From a candidate division WOR-3 bacterium (lineage in GTDB: Bacteria; Hydrothermota; Tepidihabitantia; SM23-42; JAOAFX01): a stretch of 32,904 nucleotides of DNA. The translations under genes were made by a program, and so were the position numbers. The notes under the pieces are model-generated. The model ran no database searches. It saw only the letters and a program-made list of their open reading frames with translations, and was not told where the DNA came from. Positions 1-8,256 of this stretch are shown here, piece after piece (position 1 is the stretch's first letter; each line of letters opens with the position of its first letter). Location of the stretch: positions 1 through 32,904 of the forward strand of contig JBDRWI010000023.1 in NCBI GenBank assembly GCA_039802265.1, given 5' to 3'.

Positions 1-1
1 C

Positions 2-421
2 TTTGCCGCAAAGATAATCGGTAAAATTGATGATATAAAGTTTTCAGAAAACAGATTGATAAAGAGTGGTGAGCAATGGCTACAGATTGGTAGTGGAAAC
101 CGGATTGCAAAGATGAGACTACCTATGGCAATTGAAATTGTGGAAGCAAATGAGATTGTAAAATCCCAGCCTGGCTTGGTCACAAAAGACCCCCACAATC
201 TCGGCTGGCTTTTAAAGATCAAACCACCAAAAGAGATTGGAGAATTTAGAAAAGGAGATAACGCAAAAGACTGGCTTGAAAAGGAGTTTGATAGATTGCA
301 CCAGGAATTTGAACAGAGCATAGGACTGACAATCGCTGATGGTGGTGAAATTGCCTCTGACCTATATGAACGTCTGTCTGACGAACAATGGCATGGATTG
401 GTGAAGAAATTTCTGGAATAA
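2..421 (+). CDS. Glycine cleavage H-like (lipoyl-domain fold) protein, 5'-partial, apparently without the lipoyl lysine
   Basis: Frame is open from base 2: FAAKIIGKIDDIKF..KSGEQWLQIGSGNRIAKMRLPMAIEIVEANE..QPGLVTKDPHNLGWLLKIKP matches the GcvH fold. C-terminal LTIADGG..W..LVKKFL extension is typical of GcvH-like paralogs. Confidence 0.75.
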   Translation, partial: FAAKIIGKIDDIKFSENRLIKSGEQWLQIGSGNRIAKMRLPMAIEIVEANEIVKSQPGLVTKDPHNLGWLLKIKPPKEIGEFRKGDNAKDWLEKEFDRLHQEFEQSIGLTIADGGEIASDLYERLSDEQWHGLVKKFLE

Positions 422-730
422 AAAATGGACAATAATAAATAGAAAAAAAACCGGTATTTCCAAATCTCGCTTTCATCGGAAAAATGTCATAATAAATCTT
501 TCTGAAATAATATAATAATCCTTGGATTTAAGCGGTTTTTATACCAGTGAGTAGATAACCTTACTGATAATAAAAACAACAGGCACGACAGACGGAAAAG
601 AATTTTTTACCAATAATAAGTTTACGGAGGTTCCTTCATAGCAGGATTATTCCAGCATTCTAAAATTTGTTTTCTTTAATATTGCCCCTAATATAAATCA
701 GACAGGATTCTATATGATACAGAGCAAACC

Positions 731-878
731 TCACAAACGCATCAACCGTAGATTGTCTTCAATTAGTCGCCTTTAAAATCTCTTGAAACAATTGCCAAAT
801 CTATATCATCATCGTTGTCTTATAATCTTTATCAGCCATTTTTACCCAGTAATTTATTAATTCTTTTTTTGTGATTAT
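731..878 (-). pseudogene. Decayed HEPN / minimal nucleotidyltransferase (MNT) toxin-antitoxin remnant
   Basis: Minus strand reads IITKKELINYWVKMADKDYKT (HEPN N-terminus-like). After a frameshift it reads DDDIDLAIVSRDFKGD*, then IEDNLRLMRL* (MNT DxD motif region). A TTGACG-N15-TATAAT promoter lies at 913-887. Confidence 0.55.
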
Positions 879-1212
879 ATACTATTATTATAATCAAATG
901 CTTAATCCGTCAAGCAATAGAGCGAAAAAAAAGGCAGCAAGAAATAATCTGTAAGACAATTTCTTGTATGGTAATATCTTGGGGTTTCAATTGAGAATTC
1001 ATCACATACATAAATTCTTGTTTGTAAAAGGTGTTAAAAGTTAAAACTTATATTGTCTCCACTTCGTAAGTGGGGCGGGTACAAAAATGCCATTCCACTT
1101 TTGCAAAAAGTGAAAAGATTAAAAAGTTTACTTCGGAGAAACTTCTAATTTTGTCTGTCTCACTGGTTCAGTTATTGAATTTATTTGAAATCCATTCATG
1201 ATATCACTACGG

Positions 1213-1240
1213 TTGACTCACTTTAAATTATGAGTATAAT
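1213..1240 (+). promoter_or_regulatory. Sigma70-type promoter of the lipoprotein gene
   Basis: TTGACT(1213-1218)-N16-TATAAT(1235-1240). An ACTCA...TGAGT inverted repeat overlaps the spacer. Confidence 0.7.
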
Positions 1241-1310
1241 GTTGGCGTATGACCTTCCCTGTTCACACGAAAGGGTTTCATCAAAAGTTTTTACACAAAA
1301 GGAGAATAAA

Positions 1311-2531
1311 ATGTTTAAGAAAAAAGTCCTGTTCGTTTTTTTGTTGACTTACTTTTTATTTCTAAATGGCTGCAAGAAAAAAGAACCGGAACTGCCAGCT
1401 AAGGGTGTGCCATTCACCGATTCACTTTATGGCACAACAATTGTCCGCATTACCGATAAAGATATTGATAATTATTCGGGTAATGGTATAGAAAACGAGT
1501 ATGCACGGGCAGATGCTTATAATAGAGATGAGACCTATTTAATCCTCCGTGGTAATGATGGTGTCTTTTATCTATATAACGCCTCAAATTATCAACTTGT
1601 AAGAAGCCTTGACCATCTTAGCGGTGGTCAGGAACTGGAACCAAGATGGCACGCAACCGACCCCAATATCTTCTACTATTTTTCTGGTCCCAATCTCAAT
1701 TCATATAATATTACAAGCAATGCACAGCAGATAATCCATAACTTCGCCCAGGAATTTCCTAATTGCTCTTACATAACCACTGGGTCAGAAGGTGATGCAT
1801 CTATGGATAGAAATTACTGGTGTCTTATGATTGTAGATTCGACATTTAACACAATTGCGGTCGTTGTCTATGAATTGAGCACAGATAGCATTATCGGTCA
1901 AAAGACGAGTTTTCCGGACGCTATAAATTGGGTGAGTATGGATATGTCAGGTAACCATGCAGTCATTGGATATGATAGCCATGTCTGCCAGGTCTTCAAC
2001 AAGAATCTCACAAGTTATATTGACCTGCCTGCCGGTGCGAATGGGCATATGGATTTGGCACTTGATGCCTCAAATAATGATGTGATGGTCTATCAGAATA
2101 ATGCCACGGACTGGATTGCAATGGCGGATTTGAATACTGGAACTGAGACCCCACTCGTCCAGATTCCCTTTGATGTCAATCCTGACATCGGGCTTCATTT
2201 TTCCGGCAATTGTGGTGCAACACCTGGCTGGGTTCTCGTTTCTACCTATGGAGCAAAAAATCCACCTAAAGGTAATACCCATTCGTGGATGGATAATTTA
2301 CTATTTATGGTTGAACTGAAGGCAAACCCAAGGATAATAAAACTGGCGCAGACCCACTCCTACACCGCTGAAGACCCAGAAGATGTAGAAAAAAATTATT
2401 TTGCTGAGGCATTTGCGAGTATAAATTATAATGGCACAAAGGTTGTCTTTGGTTCAAACTGGGGGATTCTGTCCCCGATTGATTACACCGATGCTTATCA
2501 GGTTAAAATGCCCACTGGCTGGAATCAGTGA
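1311..2531 (+). CDS. Lipoprotein with probable beta-propeller fold (TolB/oligogalacturonate-lyase-like)
   Basis: Start moved to ATG 1311 after SD AAGGAG. MFKKKVLFVFLLTYFLFLNG-C is a signal peptide II/lipobox. Beta-rich repeats and a C-terminal 'GTKVVFGSNW' blade. Confidence 0.7.
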   Translation: MFKKKVLFVFLLTYFLFLNGCKKKEPELPAKGVPFTDSLYGTTIVRITDKDIDNYSGNGIENEYARADAYNRDETYLILRGNDGVFYLYNASNYQLVRSLDHLSGGQELEPRWHATDPNIFYYFSGPNLNSYNITSNAQQIIHNFAQEFPNCSYITTGSEGDASMDRNYWCLMIVDSTFNTIAVVVYELSTDSIIGQKTSFPDAINWVSMDMSGNHAVIGYDSHVCQVFNKNLTSYIDLPAGANGHMDLALDASNNDVMVYQNNATDWIAMADLNTGTETPLVQIPFDVNPDIGLHFSGNCGATPGWVLVSTYGAKNPPKGNTHSWMDNLLFMVELKANPRIIKLAQTHSYTAEDPEDVEKNYFAEAFASINYNGTKVVFGSNWGILSPIDYTDAYQVKMPTGWNQ

Positions 2532-2602
2532 GCAATCAAACATTATGTAATAAAATTGTTTGTAATGATAATTTGATTTGTGTGTGAAAGTAACTCGTTT
2601 CG

Positions 2603-5284
2603 TTAGAATCCTATTCCAACAGCGGTAAATTCTACTGACCAGTTCTTGGGCCAGAATTTGTCAATGTGGTTATACAGGGGCAGGATGAAGCCGATTGGTC
2701 CAACAATAATCTTTATACCTGTATCATAGGCATATTCCCATTTTAAACTATCGCCATTATAATAATAACCCAAATCACCAAAAATTCTTAATGGGAAACC
2801 TTCTGGAAATTGTATATTCATACACAAAAGCCCATCAGTCTTTATATGATAACCCTGATAACCCGCCATATTCCCATCCTGTTTGATATGGATATGCTCC
2901 TGCGGAGACGCATATCCTTTATGCCCGAAGAATAAATCAGAAATAAAGGTGTGCCTCAAGGCACCATTTAAAAATATCATTTCCTGATTTGGCGCACTAC
3001 CAAGGATCTTTCCGGCAAAAAGTCGGAAATATAATGGCGATAGATATAACTTTGAATTTTTCTCAAACTCAAAACTCAATTTTGTAAAACTCCAATCAGT
3101 ATTAAAAAATTTATCAGTTCCGCAGAGGTTCATGCCCATAAACCAGTGATTTGTGTGATAAGATAATTGATTCTGTAGTAAATAATATTCTGTAATCGTC
3201 CAATCTATTGGATCAACCGAGATAAATGATTTTAGATTATTATAACTTAAAAAAGTCTTTATATCTATCCTGGGGTTTGAAGTTAATAGAATTCCAAAAT
3301 TATTCGTAAAACCTGCCTCATATTTTAATTCATCATTATGGTTAGAAGCTTTTAAAAATATTCGGGAACGATAACCCTTTTTGAAGATAAGGGGTGTCTG
3401 ATAATTGAAGTTATAATAATGTTTTTTGCTTTTGACACCGTAAATATAGCCAACCAGCCACTGGTTTTTCCCCTTGATGAAATCTGCATCAATAAATTGA
3501 GTGCCGGCAAGATAAAATCCCGGGGTGAAGCCGTCGTTTGTATCATACCATAAATAAGGGAGAAGAAAGACCTGATAGGTATCAAACGAGGGCCAGTTGA
3601 AGAATGGTTTTATTGCAAATTTCTTTGGATAAAAGTTATTATAGCGGTCTGCCTCAGGTGTGTAATTATATGGGTCAATGATTACTTTCTTTATTTTCCT
3701 TGCTTGAGAAAACTCAAAGGTATCTATCTTTTGTTCAATCTTCAAAACCTGTGCACCATTGTCAGTCTGAACCAGTAAATCGGTCGGAAGCAAAAATTCA
3801 CCCTTATTTTCAATCATAAGAACATTTTTTGATATCTTTTTTATCTGCCAGTCACAATATTTTGTAGTATGTAAAAAATCATTGAAGAATTTTTGCAAAT
3901 CCTTGCCACTCACCTCCTCACATATACGGATAAAATCTTCGGTATGCGGATGTTTGAATTTGAATTCTTCAAAATATATTTTCAATACCTTATCAAATAT
4001 GCTTGTGCCGAGATATACCTCAAGATATCGCAAGAATAAGGCAGGTTTTGAATATGCAGAAGTTTGATACACAATCGGTGCATCCACAAATTCATAAGCA
4101 GGGGTCAAAATTGGTTTTTCTAACTCATTGGTTAGGGTAATATAATAAAGCAACTTACTGGTATAGTCGTGCGGTAGTGAAGGAAGGCTCTTAGATTTCA
4201 AGAATGAATTGGCAACACCGTATTTATCAATAAAATATCTTGCCTCAGTGTATGAGGTCAGCCCTTCGTCAAGCCAGGCTTCGTCCATTTCATTAGAACC
4301 GAGTATGCCATAAAACCACTGATGGGCAATCTCGTGGATAATCACCATCTCAAACTGCCTTGTCAGTCTATCTTCACTAATGCCAATTATTACCAGATTC
4401 GGATACTCCATTCCACCACCGAAATATCCCTGGACCACACTCAATTTTTTATATGGATACATACCAAACCACTTGTTATATCTCATTATCGCATCAACTG
4501 CATAATCTCCGGCATTCTCCCATTTTTTGCGGTATTTTTTTATATAATAAACCTCAATCTCTATTCCATCAACTATTCTCTTCTCAATCTCAAAATCTTT
4601 ATCACAGACCCAGGCAAAGTCGTGGACATTCTCGGCAAGGAAGCGAACAATTTTTCTATTATTCTCTAATTTAGATGAATCTAAAACCACACCACTACCT
4701 GCCACCACATAATCGTTTGGCAATTCTATTGAAACATCAAAATTTCCAAATTCTCCGTAGAATTCACCGATTGCGTGATAACCCTGCTTGTGCCAGCCCT
4801 TTTCATCAAAAACACAGGGCTTTGGATACCACTGGACTATCTCATAATGTTTACCCCTGTACCCAAGACGGGAGAAAATCTTTGGAATTTTTAAAATTGC
4901 ATCAATTTTTAGAACAGCTGAATCGCCGTTCAATAAAGGTTTTTCAAGCACCACTGCCATAATCGTTTCATCTATTATAAAATTTAATTCCCTCTCCCCT
5001 ATTTGCACCGAATTTATATCAATCCAGCCCCTTTCTGACTTCTTTGCCTTTAAGAATTTATAAGAACCCATTTTTTTTAATTCCTTTGCAAAAGTTGTAT
5101 TGTTATCACGATAGGCATTGGCGTAGAGATGGAAATATAGTGTTTCAATCGTGCTTGGAGAATTGTTATAATATACAAGGATTTCTTTTATTTTGAGTGT
5201 ATTACTATCAGTATTCAGAGATGCATTTATCCTGTATGATACATCCTGTTGCCAAAAGAATAATAAAAGGATAAATAAACTCAT
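2603..5284 (-). CDS. M1 family zinc aminopeptidase with long C-terminal beta-rich extension
   Basis: GGMEYP exopeptidase motif, HEIAHQW zinc motif, AWLDEG third ligand, QWYPK and HDFAW motifs. ATGA overlap with the upstream gene. Confidence 0.9.
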   Translation of the reverse strand: MSLFILLLFFWQQDVSYRINASLNTDSNTLKIKEILVYYNNSPSTIETLYFHLYANAYRDNNTTFAKELKKMGSYKFLKAKKSERGWIDINSVQIGERELNFIIDETIMAVVLEKPLLNGDSAVLKIDAILKIPKIFSRLGYRGKHYEIVQWYPKPCVFDEKGWHKQGYHAIGEFYGEFGNFDVSIELPNDYVVAGSGVVLDSSKLENNRKIVRFLAENVHDFAWVCDKDFEIEKRIVDGIEIEVYYIKKYRKKWENAGDYAVDAIMRYNKWFGMYPYKKLSVVQGYFGGGMEYPNLVIIGISEDRLTRQFEMVIIHEIAHQWFYGILGSNEMDEAWLDEGLTSYTEARYFIDKYGVANSFLKSKSLPSLPHDYTSKLLYYITLTNELEKPILTPAYEFVDAPIVYQTSAYSKPALFLRYLEVYLGTSIFDKVLKIYFEEFKFKHPHTEDFIRICEEVSGKDLQKFFNDFLHTTKYCDWQIKKISKNVLMIENKGEFLLPTDLLVQTDNGAQVLKIEQKIDTFEFSQARKIKKVIIDPYNYTPEADRYNNFYPKKFAIKPFFNWPSFDTYQVFLLPYLWYDTNDGFTPGFYLAGTQFIDADFIKGKNQWLVGYIYGVKSKKHYYNFNYQTPLIFKKGYRSRIFLKASNHNDELKYEAGFTNNFGILLTSNPRIDIKTFLSYNNLKSFISVDPIDWTITEYYLLQNQLSYHTNHWFMGMNLCGTDKFFNTDWSFTKLSFEFEKNSKLYLSPLYFRLFAGKILGSAPNQEMIFLNGALRHTFISDLFFGHKGYASPQEHIHIKQDGNMAGYQGYHIKTDGLLCMNIQFPEGFPLRIFGDLGYYYNGDSLKWEYAYDTGIKIIVGPIGFILPLYNHIDKFWPKNWSVEFTAVGIGF

Positions 5285-6489
5285 CGAAGCGGAGTAGCGA
5301 TTTTTATTATCTCACAATCATCACTCAATCTATCCATCTTGCTTCCCCAGTGTGTATCACCTAAATATGCCGGGTCAAGGATAAAATAATTATCACCAAT
5401 ATAAAATCCCTTTTCCATTAAAATTGCCAGTGCCGAGTCTGTTCTGGGCTTGAGTCCCAAGGCGACATGATTGGGCCAACTTAAAAAGACGATGTTGGAG
5501 TCTGGATAATCAAGGACGCTCCATAATAAACAGTACAAAAAGACACTTCTGCCATCGCAATCGTTCTTACCATCAATCAACTGATTGGTGATGCTCTTTA
5601 TCGGCAGGCTGTTATCGTAACTAAAGATGCTCTCTGATTGGCAGAATTTTAAAAGGAAATTTACCCGGTCAAACTCATCAAAATTGCTTACCAGAAATTT
5701 TAGTTTATCTATAATGCCTAAATTCTTTAATTCCTCTATACCACAGGAGACCATACCATAAAGACTGGGTGGAAGATTCATTGTCCATTCTGCCTGTTCA
5801 GCCGGAATAGAAATTGTCAATTGATACACACTATTTTTAAAAAGCCATTTCAATCTTTTGGTGTGAACCGGGGATCTTGAAAAATGCGGGATTGATTTAA
5901 TGAGTGGAAAGGGCTTGAGATTCGTATTATCTATTCTCAAACTCTGGTAGACCGACGCTGGATTGTCGTATCTCAATTTGCCTAAAGGAGTTCTGGTATC
6001 AAATTCTTTGAGATAATACCTTCTGCGATCCTTTTCTATCCAGGTCCCTTTTCTTATCTTCCAGTCATCGGATAGATTCAATCCAAGATAGCATTCCCTT
6101 TCATTATAAAATAACTGTATGTCCCAGCCCAGGTTCTGCACGATTGCAACCGTCGCGATGGCACCGCTTTTTTGATTGCTAACCTTTTTTGTGAGAATTT
6201 CATTTATAGTAAGATAGGAATCTTTTACCCCCTTTTTTTCAAATTGAGAAAAATACTCTATGAGAAAAATGACCAGTGCAAATGGGTTATCCTTTATATT
6301 TTCTATACCTGATAAAGAATCCAGGGGGTCAAACAATTCATCGGTCACCTGTCTGCTTGATTCTTCAAATGTGCTATTGAACTGAAAAAAAATATCACCG
6401 ATATTATTCAGGGCAAATATCTTACTGATAAAAAAAATTGACCACGCAGAAAGTAATACTAATATACCAATCAATACTATCTGACGCAT
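5281..6489 (-). CDS. Membrane-anchored protein with putative transglutaminase-like Cys-His-Asp domain
   Basis: N-terminal TM segment. Motifs NDCDGRS, WPNHVALG and ILDPAY occur in transglutaminase-like order. Confidence 0.55.
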   Translation of the reverse strand: MRQIVLIGILVLLSAWSIFFISKIFALNNIGDIFFQFNSTFEESSRQVTDELFDPLDSLSGIENIKDNPFALVIFLIEYFSQFEKKGVKDSYLTINEILTKKVSNQKSGAIATVAIVQNLGWDIQLFYNERECYLGLNLSDDWKIRKGTWIEKDRRRYYLKEFDTRTPLGKLRYDNPASVYQSLRIDNTNLKPFPLIKSIPHFSRSPVHTKRLKWLFKNSVYQLTISIPAEQAEWTMNLPPSLYGMVSCGIEELKNLGIIDKLKFLVSNFDEFDRVNFLLKFCQSESIFSYDNSLPIKSITNQLIDGKNDCDGRSVFLYCLLWSVLDYPDSNIVFLSWPNHVALGLKPRTDSALAILMEKGFYIGDNYFILDPAYLGDTHWGSKMDRLSDDCEIIKIATPLR

Positions 6490-6500
6490 AGGTATGATTC

Positions 6501-6731
6501 TTATGTCATTGTTTTTTTCATCCCTTCTATCTTCGCCTCCAATTCCTCGATCTTCTGCCTTAATTTTTCCTTCTCTGCCCTTGAAATTTTAACCCGGACA
6601 CGAATTAAAAAATAGACATCTATTACAATTATCACAATCTGTAGAATAATCAACAACACATTTTTGTTGATAATTCCAATTATCAATGAGACGAAAGACA
6701 AAATTAGAATAACAATCAGCCCTTCTATCAT
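6501..6731 (-). CDS. Small 2-TM membrane protein with C-terminal coiled coil
   Basis: SD GGAGG upstream. Two hydrophobic helices, then EKEKLRQKIEELEAKIE. Confidence 0.7.
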   Translation of the reverse strand: MIEGLIVILILSFVSLIIGIINKNVLLIILQIVIIVIDVYFLIRVRVKISRAEKEKLRQKIEELEAKIEGMKKTMT

Positions 6732-6776
6732 AAAACCTCCCTGGGTATCGCTGATGTCATAATCTTGCTGACCTAT

Positions 6777-7055
6777 TTAGCGCGACTGGCTTATCTTTAT
6801 TATCTCACCCTTTTCATTTAATGTAACAACCAGAATCCGATTTATCTTTACCGCATCAACCGTGCGAACGGTCTTTTTGAACTGCAGACTGTAAACCTCT
6901 TTCACTCCCTTGGGCAATCCCAAGGATAGTTTTCTGTACACACTCTTCTGAGGAGCAACAACTTTCTTAATCAACCTGGGTTCAACATCCCTGAAATCAG
7001 GAAACCTCGCCATAATCTCTTTTTTTATTTTCTTCAGTTTTTTTTCATCAACCAT
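6777..7055 (-). CDS. Small basic hypothetical protein
   Basis: SD AAGGAG upstream, co-oriented with neighbours, protein-like composition. Confidence 0.65.
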   Translation of the reverse strand: MVDEKKLKKIKKEIMARFPDFRDVEPRLIKKVVAPQKSVYRKLSLGLPKGVKEVYSLQFKKTVRTVDAVKINRILVVTLNEKGEIIKISQSR

Positions 7056-7176
7056 TGCTACTCCTTTATCCTACATCAGGGGGTGTCCCTGAAATTTCCA
7101 GCCCTCATTTCTATTTTCTCCCTTAAAGAGGAAGAAAATGAAGAGATTGTATGCATCCTTTGGATACAGTAGCCTC

Positions 7177-8211
7177 CTATTTTAATCTTATAAGGGGGTC
7201 GCCATACAACACAAACTGCAGAAGTGTCTTCTGGTCATCGTCGTCCAAAAAACCATGTCTTCTGATCATCTTGCGCGCAAAATCCAATTTTGCGTTCTTA
7301 AATGCCTCACCCACGGTAATCCCCTGTTTTACATATTCCAAGAAATATTTCACCAGCAAATCCGCCTCGGTTGAAGGCGGAACCGGTGGTCCATAGGCAA
7401 TTGTTGTTGAACCACAGAAACAAAGGACATGATCCTGACTCAAAAACCTCAAAGAAATTGCATTATTTTCGGATTTATTGATAATATATGCGCCATAGCA
7501 GGCCTCGGATGCAACAACACCCGAGGCATCAACAATATTCTTTGGGGTCAGGGCAATTGGATAATTATCACCTTCTTGACCATACCAGTTTGATGAAATG
7601 TCACTTCCGTGGAGATTAAAATATAAAAAATCTTTTTCCTGGAGCCAAACGGATTGGAATTTATCCGAAGTAATCGGTGGTGAAATCTTCAGATCTTTCA
7701 CATCCCCGATTTGCTGATAAACATTCTTTGATGCCTCCTTCCATACTTTGGCGGTCATCCCGAAGGATTTATTTACCATTTTAAAAGACTTGTTTAATTG
7801 TTTTATGATAAAGTCCGCATTCCGGTTATCAGGAATTCGGGCGCATACCCGTTCCGGTATCAAAAAATCGTCATCCCTTGAGGCGTAGGGATTGTCCGAG
7901 AGAACACTTCTATCATCATCCGCACAGGGATTGGGCAAACGGAAAAAGGGAACGACCTTATCACCGCCAAGCAACAATAAAAAATCAACACTTCCCCAAC
8001 TTGCCTCAATTGACTGGATAAAATCTCTGATTGCCCCGGGGTCTTTCTTTGCGGGTTTTATCCTGAATCGGTTGGACTGGTCAAAGTAGATAAATTCAAT
8101 CTGGTATCCTTTTCTTTTTTTAATATAATCTTTAACTGCCTCCTCCACCGATTTGCTATCGCCAATTTCTTTAACAAGAAAATCTTTACCGCTTAAAATC
8201 AGCATCCGCAT
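7177..8211 (-). CDS. Peptidase C25 (gingipain/caspase-fold)-like cysteine protease, no signal peptide
   Basis: LLLLGGDKVVPF, SDNPY, ARIP, catalytic-like NLHGS and EACYG, and C-terminal FVLYGDP. Confidence 0.75.
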   Translation of the reverse strand: MRMLILSGKDFLVKEIGDSKSVEEAVKDYIKKRKGYQIEFIYFDQSNRFRIKPAKKDPGAIRDFIQSIEASWGSVDFLLLLGGDKVVPFFRLPNPCADDDRSVLSDNPYASRDDDFLIPERVCARIPDNRNADFIIKQLNKSFKMVNKSFGMTAKVWKEASKNVYQQIGDVKDLKISPPITSDKFQSVWLQEKDFLYFNLHGSDISSNWYGQEGDNYPIALTPKNIVDASGVVASEACYGAYIINKSENNAISLRFLSQDHVLCFCGSTTIAYGPPVPPSTEADLLVKYFLEYVKQGITVGEAFKNAKLDFARKMIRRHGFLDDDDQKTLLQFVLYGDPLIRLK

Positions 8212-8219
8212 AACAATTG

Positions 8220-8247
8220 ATTATAACTAAATCTAAAAAAATGTCAA
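8220..8247 (-). promoter_or_regulatory. Sigma70-type promoter, near-leaderless, for the C25-like gene
   Basis: TTGACA-N16-TATAAT, 8 nt before ATG 8211, no SD. Confidence 0.75.
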
Positions 8248-8256
8248 CGGAACGAT

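Noticed and set aside
462..562. Possible decayed RAYT transposase fragment on the minus strand (LFQKD..D..DESE)
   Set aside because: It needs several frameshifts and is too degenerate to support without a search.
7070..7115. Hammerhead ribozyme-like core (GAAA..CTGATG) on the minus strand
   Set aside because: The core reads CTGATGT rather than CTGANGA, and stem III does not form.
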